NCBI RefSeq assembly: GCF_001194135.2
Contig: NC_068987.1
Span: 30,187,085 to 30,251,084 of the forward strand
Origin: Octopus bimaculoides
Lineage: Eukaryota
DNA length: 64,000 bases
Direction of reading: 5' to 3'
Of this stretch, positions 1 to 13,187 are shown one piece after another. The notes below the pieces were generated by a model, which saw only the letters and a program-made list of their open reading frames with translations, did not search any database and was not told where the DNA came from. Positions within the stretch are counted from its first letter, which is position 1; every line of letters starts with the position of its first letter. The translations under genes and the position numbers were made by a program.

Positions 1-14
1 TATATATACATATG

Positions 15-179
15 TACGACGGGCTTCTTTCAGTTTCCGTCTACCAAATCCACTCACAAGGCTTTGGTCGGCTCGAGGCTATAGTAGAATACACTTGCCC
101 AAGGTGCCACGTAGTGGGACTGAACCTGGAACTATGTGGTTGGTAAGCAAACTACTTACCACATAGCCACTCCTACGCC
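15..179 (-). mobile_element. SINE family A 5' half, running into a microsatellite at the window edge
   Basis: Reverse complement of the family A head and body (ggcgtaggagtggctatgtggtaagtag...gaaagaagcccgtcg). Confidence 0.88.
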
Positions 180-315
180 CATATAATGATGATATAATTA
201 GCATAACTCTGATAATACTTTTATCGGAACTTTTGATTGTTTTGATAAAATTAATTAATATTATATGCGTTTCCTTTTTTTATAACTGTATACCTACTTT
301 TGCACCCTCTATATA

Positions 316-402
316 TGTGTGTATGTGTGTATGTGTTTGTGTCTGTGTGTGTGCTCGTGTGCTTTTGTACATGTGTGATTGTGTGTGTGTGTGTGTGTGT
401 GC

Positions 403-452
<50 letters not shown>

Positions 453-464
453 ATGTGTGTGTGT
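316..464. repeat. (GT)n microsatellite
   Basis: Direct inspection. Confidence 0.95.
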
Positions 465-1136
465 ATTCCTATATAGTATATCTTTTACCTTGTGTCAGAC
501 ATTGGACAGCAGTCATGCTGGAGCATTTCCTTTTCAGTCGAATGAATCAACCCCATTACATATTTGTTTAAAGTCCTGGTGCTCATTCTATAGGCCAATT
601 TTCACTGAACCACTACGTTACAAACAAACATCGGTTGTCTGGTGGTGGTAGGGGTACAAACACAAAAACAACAACACAGAAATATATATCAAGTCCTCTT
701 ACAAGGCTTTGGCCCGCCCGGAGCTATAGTAGATGACACATCTCCAAGGTGATGTGAATGAACCCAAGACCATTTGGCTGGGAAGTAAGAGAGGTAAAAA
801 AGAAAACCCAGATAAACATGGCTAGGCTGGGGACGTACATTTACATGCCGCACAAAATACAGAGAACAGAAGATAGAGAAAAGAAAACAAAACAGAAGTT
901 ATGTAGTCATATCTCAACGGCTGTTTCACGAGAGTCATGACTTACAAGATAAATGCACTCATAAATTATATGCACATGGTTTCCGAGTGTGTGCTGCCAC
1001 AGGTTCCGATGAAATTGTTGAAGTTAGGCATCTCTTCTCATGTGTAAGGTATGTGTGTTTATAGATATATTTGTATTTTGTGTGTATATCTATATGTATG
1101 TATATACATACACACACACACACATATATATATACA

Positions 1137-1173
<37 letters not shown>

Positions 1174-2016
1174 CATTCATCAAGCGGTCCTATGAAATGC
1201 TCATCCTTTTTAGACGTTTATACGAGAATCGCGTGAATTCGCAATTAAAATATATTCTATGCATAACTGTGTCGGGATTTCTCATTTAGGTGTGCTTGTA
1301 TAAATGAATGTGCATATATATATATATATATATATACATACACACACGTTCATTTATACAGGCACACCTATATATATGTANNNNNNNNNNNNNNNNNNNN
1401 NNNNNNNNNNNNNNNNNNNNNNNNNNNNNNNNNNNNNNNNNNNNNNNNNNNNNNNNNNNNNNNNNNNNNNNNNNNNNNNNNNNNNNNNNNNNNNNNNNNN
1501 NNNNNNNNNNNNNNNNNNNNNNNNNNNNNNNNNNNNNNNNNNNNNNNNNNNNNNNNNNNNNNNNNNNNNNNNNNNNNNNNNNNNNNNNNNNNNNNNNNNN
1601 NNNNNNNNNNNNNNNNNNNNNNNNNNNNNNNNNNNNNNNNNNNNNNNNNNNNNNNNNNNNNNNNNNNNNNNNNNNNNNNNNNNNNNNNNNNNNNNNNNNN
1701 NNNNNNNNNNNNNNNNNNNNNNNNNNNNNNNNNNNNNNNNNNNNNNNNNNNNNNNNNNNNNNNNNNNNNNNNNNNNNNNNNNNNNNNNNNNNNNNNNNNN
1801 NNNNNNNNNNNNNNNNNNNNNNNNNNNNNNNNNNNNNNNNNNNNNNNNNNNNNNNNNNNNNNNNNNNNNNNNNNNNNNNNNNNNNNNNNNNNNNNNNNNN
1901 NNNNNNNNNNNNNNNNNNNNNNNNNNNNNNNNNNNNNNNNNNNNNNNNNNNNNNNNNNNNNNNNNNNNNNNNNNNNNNNNNNNNNNNNNNNNNNNNNNNN
2001 NNNNNNNNNNNNNNNN

Positions 2017-3264
2017 ACAAAATAATGGAAACACCTAGCATCATCGCATCATAATTTTGAAATATCTATAAAACCGTCAAAAGCTTGTTCATTTTTGTTT
2101 TTGGATTTATTATTAGTGTTGCTTAATATGTTTTGCTAAAATTGCTGTTTCTTTTTAGATATCATCAGAAAATGGTTATTAAAATTCATTAAAATGACAG
2201 ATCTATCTGACTTTCAAAGAGGTCAAATTGTTGGTGCTCGCATGACAGGCGTTAGTGCACCGAAAACAGCCGAAATGTTTGGTGTATCAAGAATTACTGT
2301 CTTTCAAGTAATGATAGCCTTTGAGAAAGAGTGAAAAACTTCCTCCTAGAAACAAAACTCCGGAAGAAAACCGAAACATTCAGGTTGGGACCGTCGGACT
2401 CTTACGTGAATTGTTAGAAAGGATCACAAAAGTACAGCTCCCAAAATTACTGTAGAACTTAATGACCATCTCGAGAACCCAGTTTCCACAAAAACTGTTC
2501 GCCGGGAGATGCAAAAATCCGGATTTCACGGGAGGGCTGCAATCAGAAAACTACCACTTTCAAAAACAAACGTTGCAAAGCGTTTAGAGTGGAGTAAAAA
2601 CCTACAGAATTGGTCCCTAGAGCAGTGGAGGAATGTCATTTTCTCGGACGAGTCATCCTTAACCTTATTTCCAACCATCGGCCGAGTATACATGTGGAGA
2701 CAGCCAAAAGAAGCATTTGCCCCAGACTGCCTTCTTTCAGTTAAACATGGAGGAGGATTTGTGATGATCTGTGGGGGTGGTGTAATATCTTGGAAATCCG
2801 CTGACCCAATGGTTTCCCTTCATGGCAGAATTAATAGTGAAGACTATTTAAACATTTTGTCTGATCAAATTCATCCTATGGTTGCGGAACTGTTTCCGGA
2901 GGGAAACGCGATCTTTCATGATGATAATGCACCGATGTACACAGCTAAAGTCGTTACTGAATGGCACGAGGAACATTCTAGTGAAGTTGAACATCTTATC
3001 TGGCCAATCTCAGTATTATTGAACATTTATGGTGCATTTTAGAAAAACAAATAAGGAGTCGATATCCTCCATTATTACTACAAGAACTGGAAACTGTTTC
3101 AGCTGAAGAATGGACAAAAATTCTTTTGGAAACAATTCAAACTTTGTACGAGTCCATTCCTCGTAGAATTCAAGCTGTAATTATTGCCAAAGGCGGTCCT
3201 GCTCCATATTAAAATAAATTTGTTTGAAATGTTAACCTGTTTCCATTATTTTGTCCAACCCCTG
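2017..3264 (+). mobile_element. Tc1-family DNA transposon, defective; left TIR truncated by an assembly gap
   Basis: Right TIR gtttccattattttgtccaacccctg (3239-3264) is followed by TA. The matching acaaaataatggaaac starts at 2017, directly after the N run. The element encloses a transposase relic. Confidence 0.92.
2194..3212 (+). pseudogene. Tc1-type DDE transposase pseudogene
   Basis: Begins MTDLSDFQRGQIVGARMTG, then carries several in-frame stops. Later motifs are WRNVIFSDES, VKHGGG and FHDDNAP, and a deletion/frameshift falls in the WPxxSPDLNxIEHLW region. Confidence 0.9.
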
Positions 3265-3819
3265 TATATTCTAGGGCAAAGATAATTTGGGCAAAAAATT
3301 TCTTTGTGGGGAAAATTGAATCTTATAAGAAATAGCCTAAATGTGATGTACCCAGCTTTAAATTGTTCTCGTGTATGCAGAGGCTGACATGAAGTTATAA
3401 ATCTGGTTTTCGTAAGATTCTTAGAATTTATACCTTTGCTTCACTTGGTAACTTTTATGTATGCCCTAAAATTTTTTGCCATCTTTCTGGTGATGTCAAA
3501 CCGCTTGATTTGTATTATCATTTTCGATGTTTTCGAATGAAATGTGGTGATTGTGAAATTTTCGATGATAATCTTTGGGTCAATCAAGTATGTACATTTA
3601 ACTATTGCGCCATAAGCAATGACCCATTCAGTACGTATAAAACAGAGTTTCCGCATTAACATCCAGCTTCAGCAGTAGAACTTGGTTAATATGATATAAT
3701 TTACTTCATATTGAGAATACAGATATAAGTAATTTTACTAGAATTTCTATCGAACGCTTTTCTCTGTTTGTGATCTCGAGGGAAATGACTGTCTGTTAAA
3801 TTTAGGAAGTATTACCTAT

Positions 3820-4282
3820 ATTCGAGCTTTCTTCCCAGCTCGAATCTGCGAGGCTCGACTGAAGGGATGGTAAAAGGCTGGACAGTATGACAAGTATTAC
3901 ATTCCGTACCGGCAGGTCTGTTATCTGAGATGCCACATGCAGTGGCACCTTCTCCAGCGGCGACTTGTTGTTGTCAGCAATCAGCCCAGGCTGAGAAAAG
4001 CCAACTGCCAAAGTATCGGTCATTCTCTGAAAGGTTTATGGATGAGCCTGTGGCAGTGGGACCTCTGGCGTTCTCGGCCCCTGCTCACCGTTATCCGGGT
4101 GGAGATTGATATCCACAAATGCGCGCCCTGTCAGTCAGAGTGGCTGTTCCAGCGCATCTCTCTTACTATCCTTCGGGCAACGCCTTTTCCATTTTGTCTT
4201 CTGGGATCATGAGACGGTCTGAATCACAGGAAATCGAGAGAATGCTAGAATTTCATAGCTTACAACACGAACAATAAACTAA
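3820..4282 (+). mobile_element. 3' fragment of a CRE-like non-LTR retrotransposon (restriction-enzyme-like endonuclease region)
   Basis: Conceptual translation gives LD*RDGKRLDSMT, GRSVI*DATCSGTFS and SEWLFQRISL, resembling the RPDG..WD.T and QR.S.A.QRGNA motifs of RLE-type elements. It ends at a (GATA)n/(GA)n array. Confidence 0.65.
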
Positions 4283-4815
<533 letters not shown>

Positions 4816-5464
4816 AAGGTGGAGTGAGGAAGAGAGTCAGAGGGAGAGAGAAAGTGAAAGAGAGAGATATTACAGAACCAAAAAATCCATCTGAAAAATC
4901 GAGGCAAAAGAGAAATTGAATTGGAAGTGTAAAATGAAAATCAATAAATACAGAACGAAAGGCACAGAAGAACAAAAGAAATAAAGAAAAACAGACTGAA
5001 GGAATGAAAGACAAATAGCAAGTTTGAAAGAGGGAGAGCGAATAAAAGGCAAATGAGAAGAAGAACGTAAGAGGAAAGCGTAAAGAATGGGAGACAAGAG
5101 GGAAAAGTTGAAGAAGCGTATGAGAAGGATGAAAAGGAATATAAAGAGAGCCATGTTAATTTTCCGTACGGCTATGACCTTTCATTAATTCTGTCATATT
5201 TGTTGCCATTTTTCGAAGAAAGCCAGGTCAGGGGTCACGAAGTCATTTTCGTNNNNNNNNNNNNNNNNNNNNNNNNNNNNNNNNNNNNNNNNNNNNNNNN
5301 NNNNNNNNNNNNNNNNNNNNNNNNNNNNNNNNNNNNNNNNNNNNNNNNNNNNNNNNNNNNNNNNNNNNNNNNNNNNNNNNNNNNNNNNNNNNNNNNNNNN
5401 NNNNNNNNNNNNNNNNNNNNNNNNNNNNNNNNNNNNNNNNNNNNNNNNNNNNNNNNNNNNNNNN

Positions 5465-5592
5465 AAGAAGAAGAAGAAGAAGAAGAAGAAGAAGAAGAAG
5501 AAGGAGATGGAGAAGAAGAAGAAGGAGATGGAGAAGAAGAAGAAGAAGAAGAAGAAGAAGAAGAAGAAGAAGAAGAAGAAGAAGAAGAAGAA
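5465..5592. repeat. (GAA)n microsatellite with two GGAGATGGA interruptions
   Basis: Direct inspection. Confidence 0.95.
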
Positions 5593-5835
5593 ATGATAAG
5601 TATCTTGTGCCGTTTTCGTTTCGTCCTTTTTACAATACGATTTCAAATCCTGTAGATTTGGACTTGGCCTTTGAAATGTTCAGGGACGATATATTAGATG
5701 ATCAAAAGAATTTTAACCGTAGCACCGACCACATTCTTCTCGCCAAAAAACTGGTTCCCTTATAATCAGGATAAAAAATTTACTGCTGCTACCGCTGGTA
5801 CTATTAGTACTACAACTACAACAAACGACGATTGG

Positions 5836-5836
5836 G

Positions 5837-5900
<64 letters not shown>

Positions 5901-6055
5901 TTGCTGCTGCTTCTACTACATCGTTCATATCATCACCTCAACCACCACCACCACCACCACTATCATCATGATCATCATCATGATCATCATCATCATGATC
6001 ATCATCATCATCATGATCAGCATCATCATCGTCAACGTCATTATCATCATCATCA

Positions 6056-6109
<54 letters not shown>

Positions 6110-6128
6110 GACTACTACTACTACTACT
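5836..6128. repeat. Compound trinucleotide array (CTA)n-(CTG)n-(CCA)n-(CAT)n-(CTA)n
   Basis: Direct inspection. Confidence 0.95.
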
Positions 6129-8162
6129 TTGCTATTTCAAATAAGGAAATAAAGGTTTCTTTTTCTTTTTTCTTTTTCTTTTTCTTTTTCTTTTCTTTTT
6201 TAAAGGAAAAGAATGTTTTCAAAGATCGGAACAGTATTTGGCTTTTGTTTTCCTACNNNNNNNNNNNNNNNNNNNNNNNNNNNNNNNNNNNNNNNNNNNN
6301 NNNNNNNNNNNNNNNNNNNNNNNNNNNNNNNNNNNNNNNNNNNNNNNNNNNNNNNNNNNNNNNNNNNNNNNNNNNNNNNNNNNNNNNNNNNNNNNNNNNN
6401 NNNNNNNNNNNNNNNNNNNNNNNNNNNNNNNNNNNNNNNNNNNNNNNNNNNNNNNNNNNNNNNNNNNNNNNNNNNNNNNNNNNNNNNNNNNNNNNNNNNN
6501 NNNNNNNNNNNNNNNNNNNNNNNNNNNNNNNNNNNNNNNNNNNNNNNNNNNNNNNNNNNNNNNNNNNNNNNNNNNNNNNNNNNNNNNNNNNNNNNNNNNN
6601 NNNNNNNNNNNNNNNNNNNNNNNNNNNNNNNNNNNNNNNNNNNNNNNNNNNNNNNNNNNNNNNNNNNNNNNNNNNNNNNNNNNNNNNNNNNNNNNNNNNN
6701 NNNNNNNNNNNNNNNNNNNNNNNNNNNNNNNNNNNNNNNNNNNNNNNNNNNNNNNNNNNNNNNNNNNNNNNNNNNNNNNNNNNNNNNNNNNNNNNNNNNN
6801 NNNNNNNNNNNNNNNNNNNNNNNNNNNNNNNNNNNNNNNNNNNNNNNNNNNNNNNNNNNNNNNNNNNNNNNNNNNNNNNNNNNNNNNNNNNNNNNNNNNN
6901 NNNNNNNNNNNNNNNNNNNNNNNNNNNNNNNNNNNNNNNNNNNNNNNNNNNNNNNNNNNNNNNNNNNNNNNNNNNNNNNNNNNNNNNNNNNNNNNNNNNN
7001 NNNNNNNNNNNNNNNNNNNNNNNNNNNNNNNNNNNNNNNNNNNNNNNNNNNNNNNNNNNNNNNNNNNNNNNNNNNNNNNNNNNNNNNNNNNNNNNNNNNN
7101 NNNNNNNNNNNNNNNNNNNNNNNNNNNNNNNNNNNNNNNNNNNNNNNNNNNNNNNNNNNNNNNNNNNNNATATATATATATATATATATATAATATGTGT
7201 GTGTGTGCATGTGTGTACCTACATACATACAACAGGATTCCACACAGTTTTTGTCTACTTGTAATTCACTCGTAAATCATTGGTCCGCTTAGAAATATAA
7301 GACAAGGCACTTGCCTAAGGTGCCACACAGTGGGACTGAACGCGAAACCATTTGTTTGCGAAGCCAACTTCTTCACAACACTGCAATACTTGCACTTGTA
7401 ATGTCTGCTGCATATTTGAAAAAAGTTATAAGAAAAATATTCTTTTCCTTAATGATTGTGTAAGAAATATCCACATCCGATTGGCAAATAAGCTATATAA
7501 ATGCACATGATTATTTTTTTTCTCCTTTCCTGTTCTAACTAACTAAATATATCACTCTTGTTGTGTATATACATTTGTGTATAAATATATTTTTGGCTAT
7601 AGTTTTCAAATGTTTCATCAATAGAAACAAGAGCTAGTTTCCACCCAGAAATAAAATTCCCTCATTAGCGTAGAGGTAATATCAATGACGAGTGTTACAT
7701 CAACTAGGATGTTTTCCCTTCCTAGAGAGTGTGTACTAATATTCTTCTCGGAGGACACCGAGAATTCAAATTGAACTTCATCTGCTTTTACATACCAATA
7801 CGGAATATCCGTTTTGTGCTGTTGGCTAATCCGGTTACCCAAAATGAGTCGTACATGTAATTCATAACGCCATCTTTGTTACATGATGTACTGATGTCGT
7901 GTTGATGTGGCAGTATATTGATCTCTCATAAGGCGTTTCTTAAATCACAGCGAAGAGAGTGTTATTGTAGCACAGTGGTATTTAATCGTAGATGACGTAA
8001 TAGTGTAATGTTTATCGATGATGTAATAATAAAAGGTGATATATTTGTTAATAGCTCTCTATTATCTTTTAGCCCTTATTGTCGTTTAACTTCAACCCAG
8101 TCTTGACCGAATTGACTTATTATCAAAGATATCCCATTCATGACCAACCTGTATTATTATAT

Positions 8163-8486
8163 GTGAAGGCGCATAGTTATGTAGTTAGGGTATTCGGTAA
8201 GATTGTGAGTACGATACCTAGCGGTGTATTGTGTCCTTGACCAAGACACTCTATTTCGTTGTTGGTTCAGTTGCTTGACAACCGATGTTGGTGTATTTAA
8301 GCCCCCGTAACTTAGAGGTTAGGCAAAAGTGACCGATAGAATAAGTACTAAGCTTACAAAAAATAAATCCTGGGATCGATTGGTTCGACTAAAAACGGTG
8401 CTCCAGCATGGCCGCAGTGGTCAAATAACTGAAACAAGTGAAAGAATAAAAGAACAAAAGAATAAAAGAACAAAAGAATAAAAGAA

Positions 8487-8487
<1 letters not shown>
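8163..8487 (+). mobile_element. SINE with a different tRNA-like head joined to the family A 3' half, with an 8-mer AAAGAA(T/C)A tail
   Basis: The head gaaggcgcatag..gttagggtattcg..gtgtccttgaccaagacac resembles 48215-48320. The 3' half gcttgacaaccgatgttggtg...gactgaaacaag-like matches family A. Confidence 0.65.
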
Positions 8488-8540
<53 letters not shown>

Positions 8541-9589
8541 AAAAATGGGTAAATGTGGCAAGAATGGTAAGAATGAAAGACGACACCATTTTAAGCATAG
8601 ACTTGTAACAAAAAGAGACAAAAGGAGAGAAGGTACTTACTTTCATGTACCTTTAAAAAAAGAAGCCTGAGGTGACCGTGGTCTTTTCCGTAGGCTTTTC
8701 TCTCCACGGATAAACCTAATCTGTTCCCCGNNNNNNNNNNNNNNNNNNNNNNNNNNNNNNNNNNNNNNNNNNNNNNNNNNNNNNNNNNNNNNNNNNNNNN
8801 NNNNNNNNNNNNNNNNNNNNNNNNNNNNNNNNNNNNNNNNNNNNNNNNNNNNNNNNNNNNNNNNNNNNNNNNNNNNNNNNNNNNNNNNNNNNNNNNNNNN
8901 NNNNNNNNNNNNNNNNNNNNNNNNNNNNNNNNNNNNNNNNNNNNNNNNNNNNNNNNNNNNNNNNNNNNNNNNNNNNNNNNNNNNNNNNNNNNNNNNNNNN
9001 NNNNNNNNNNNNNNNNNNNNNNNNNNNNNNNNNNNNNNNNNNNNNNNNNNNNNNNNNNNNNNNNNNNNNNNNNNNNNNNNNNNNNNNNNNNNNNNNNNNN
9101 NNNNNNNNNNNNNNNNNNNNNNNNNNNNNNNNNNNNNNNNNNNNNNNNNNNNNNNNNNNNNNNNNNNNNNNNNNNNNNNNNNNNNNNNNNNNNNNNNNNN
9201 NNNNNNNNNNNNNNNNNNNNNNNNNNNNNNNNNNNNNNNNNNNNNNNNATATATAAAAGAAAGAAAGAAAGAAAGAAAGAGAAAGGAAGAAATAGAAAAA
9301 ATACGGTGTGAGATACAAATCAGGCGTGGTGCCCCATCATAGTCTTTGCTCTGATGTCTAAAACAAGCTTTCTGTGTGTCAATGAAAGTGTTAATCTATG
9401 TATATCAGACATGCATATATGTATGTATATAAACGCGTATGTTAAGTACGCTCTTTACATTTCTGTTGTTAGCACGTTACCATACAAGTGGAACAACATG
9501 CCACGCCGTTATATAAAAGTGTGTACCACATCGTTCGCTTATAAGTCATTATCCGTCATTACCAGTCATTATGTGCATTTAGTGTGTGT

Positions 9590-9753
9590 GTCTATGTATG
9601 TATGCATGTGTGTATGTATGTATGTATGTATGTATGTATGTATGTATGTATGTATGTTGTTTGGACGTATGTATATTTGTGTATCTGTCCACTACCCTCC
9701 ACTACCCTAACACTCTTGCTCCACTCTCTCTAGCCACACATACATAGATGTGA

Positions 9754-9832
<79 letters not shown>

Positions 9833-10081
9833 AGTGTGTGCGTTGTATGGTGTATGTATATTTACACATGCGCGTATATGTATACACGCATACATACACC
9901 CATGTATATATATTTATCTCCATATACACATTCCTCTACCTATATACACACACACAGTCACACACGCATACACACACATATGAGATGTTCATATGTGTAT
10001 ATATATATATATACATATATATGTAACTACCTCTCTGTGTATCTGTATTTCCGTCTATCTATTTCTCTTTCCCTCTCTATT

Positions 10082-10138
<57 letters not shown>

Positions 10139-10148
10139 TTGTATATAT
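9590..10148. repeat. Cluster of (TATG)n, (TA)n, (TG)n and (TCTA)n microsatellites
   Basis: Direct inspection; ends at a gap. Confidence 0.9.
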
Positions 10149-12587
10149 NNNNNNNNNNNNNNNNNNNNNNNNNNNNNNNNNNNNNNNNNNNNNNNNNNNN
10201 NNNNNNNNNNNNNNNNNNNNNNNNNNNNNNNNNNNNNNNNNNNNNNNNNNNNNNNNNNNNNNNNNNNNNNNNNNNNNNNNNNNNNNNNNNNNNNNNNNNN
10301 NNNNNNNNNNNNNNNNNNNNNNNNNNNNNNNNNNNNNNNNNNNNNNNNNNNNNNNNNNNNNNNNNNNNNNNNNNNNNNNNNNNNNNNNNNNNNNNNNNNN
10401 NNNNNNNNNNNNNNNNNNNNNNNNNNNNNNNNNNNNNNNNNNNNNNNNNNNNNNNNNNNNNNNNNNNNNNNNNNNNNNNNNNNNNNNNNNNNNNNNNNNN
10501 NNNNNNNNNNNNNNNNNNNNNNNNNNNNNNNNNNNNNNNNNNNNNNNNNNNNNNNNNNNNNNNNNNNNNNNNNNNNNNNNNNNNNNNNNNNNNNNNNNNN
10601 NNNNNNNNNNNNNNNNNNNNNNNNNNNNNNNNNNNNNNNNNNNNNNNNNNNNNNNNNNNNNNNNNNNNNNNNNNNNNNNNNNNNNNNNNNNNNNNNNNNN
10701 NNNNNNNNNNNNNNNNNNNNNNNNNNNNNNNNNNNNNNNNNNNNNNNNNNNNNNNNNNNNNNNNNNNNNNNNNNNNNNNNNNNNNNNNNNNNNNNNNNNN
10801 NNNNNNNNNNNNNNNNNNNNNNNNNNNNNNNNNNNNNNNNNNNNCTTTGTGCGTCTGTTTGTATATGTGTTTGTTTGTTTGCTTTTGTATCCGTGTGTGT
10901 AAGTGTATTTGTGTGTGCGTGTCTAAATGTGTGTGTATGTATTTGCGTGTGTATTTTTTCGTATGTGTGTGCGTCTCGAAGGGTATTTGGCAATGTGTGT
11001 GTATTGGAGTGAGCGTATTTGTGTGTGGCCATAATTGTGTGTGTGTATGTGTATGTGAATATTCTTTTACGTGTGTGTATGGGTGTTTGTCCATTTTTGA
11101 GATTGAACGGAAGTTAGACTAATCTTGAACGCGTTTTAAGCTCCCGTCTTATCTTCCGCCCAAATCGCCTCTATGCAGGTCTTAGCAAAACTCAAAACTC
11201 GTTGAGCACTAACAAATCACCCACCGCCACCACCACCACCAGCTAAAGAACAACAACAACAACTATAGCAGCCGCAGACATCTCCACTACTGTCACTAAC
11301 ACCATTACTACTGCCGCCACAGCCAAATACACATGGATCACCTGCCTCTGAAGCATTCGTAACACATCAGACGAATCGAACATCACTCATTCCGACACAC
11401 ATATACGTCCGTAGTCGTACAAACATACACACACACGTACACACACGCCAGCACCGAATGCATACATACATACATACATACAGAAACGCACGACTGTCAT
11501 ACCGGCTATGATGAAATACCACAAGGTATAGAAAATACGTATTCGCCTTTATATATTTATATATTTAATCCTTTATATTGAACACTCAATATTTCATATA
11601 TTCAATAAGACATTCAATACTTCATTTCATTATACCATCCATCTTTTTTTATATCATATATTATATATTCCATATTCTATATCCCACATAAATTTTACAA
11701 TATAAATAAAAAACATAAAAAACAGACAGAGTTGGAACTCTTTTANNNNNNNNNNNNNNNNNNNNNNNNNNNNNNNNNNNNNNNNNNNNNNNNNNNNNNN
11801 NNNNNNNNNNNNNNNNNNNNNNNNNNNNNNNNNNNNNNNNNNNNNNNNNNNNNNNNNNNNNNNNNNNNNNNNNNNNNNNNNNNNNNNNNNNNNNNNNNNN
11901 NNNNNNNNNNNNNNNNNNNNNNNNNNNNNNNNNNNNNNNNNNNNNNNNNNNNNNNNNNNNNNNNNNNNNNNNNNNNNNNNNNNNNNNNNNNNNNNNNNNN
12001 NNNNNNNNNNNNNNNNNNNNNNNNNNNNNNNNNNNNNNNNNNNNNNNNNNNNNNNNNNNNNNNNNNNNNNNNNNNNNNNNNNNNNNNNNNNNNNNNNNNN
12101 NNNNNNNNNNNNNNNNNNNNNNNNNNNNNNNNNNNNNNNNNNNNNNNNNNNNNNNNNNNNNNNNNNNNNNNNNNNNNNNNNNNNNNNNNNNNNNNNNNNN
12201 NNNNNNNNNNNNNNNNNNNNNNNNNNNNNNNNNNNNNNNNNNNNNNNNNNNNNNNNNNNNNNNNNNNNNNNNNNNNNNNNNNNNNNNNNNNNNNNNNNNN
12301 NNNNNNNNNNNNNNNNNNNNNNNNNNNNNNNNNNNNNNNNNNNNNNNNNNNNNNNNNNNNNNNNNNNNNNNNNNNNNNNNNNNNNNNNNNNNNNNNNNNN
12401 NNNNNNNNNNNNNNNNNNNNNNNNNNNNNNNNNNNNNNNNNNNNNNNNNNNNNNNNNNNNNNNNNNNNNNNNNNNNNNNNNNNNNNNNNNNNNNNNNNNN
12501 NNNNNNNNNNNNNNNNNNNNNNNNNNNNNNNNNNNNNNNNNNNNNNNNNNNNNNNNNNNNNNNNNNNNNNNNNNNNNNNNNNNNNNN

Positions 12588-12627
<40 letters not shown>

Positions 12628-13150
12628 CACATATATGCATATATATGTGTGTGTGTGTATGTGTATCTATATATGGATGTATATATATATGTATAACATT
12701 CATAAACACATACACTCACACATATATATAATCATATACGCATATATCTATAAGCCTGCATGAGTATATATATGAAGCATAGTTACACATCTATCCAGTT
12801 TTCATCCATCTATACATTCTTGCAATGATAAAAAAGCAAAACTCTTATTTGCTCGTTGCTTTATTTACCCAAGCTGAAGTAGCAAACTTGAATTCTTCCG
12901 GTAATTTTGCTGGCCATTACGAGCAAATTAATGGCGGCAACGTTAAATATGGCCGCCACTTCACTTCGCCTATTAAAACATTTTATGGGCAAACCTGTTC
13001 ATTTTCAATTGTATTTGACACTCTTGTTAAATTTTTGATATATTGTTTATCTCATTATTTGTTGTTTGGTACATGCATGCATACATACATACATACATAC
13101 GTACATAGACACATACGTACATACGTAGTTCATACGTACATACAAGGTTC

Positions 13151-13187
<37 letters not shown>

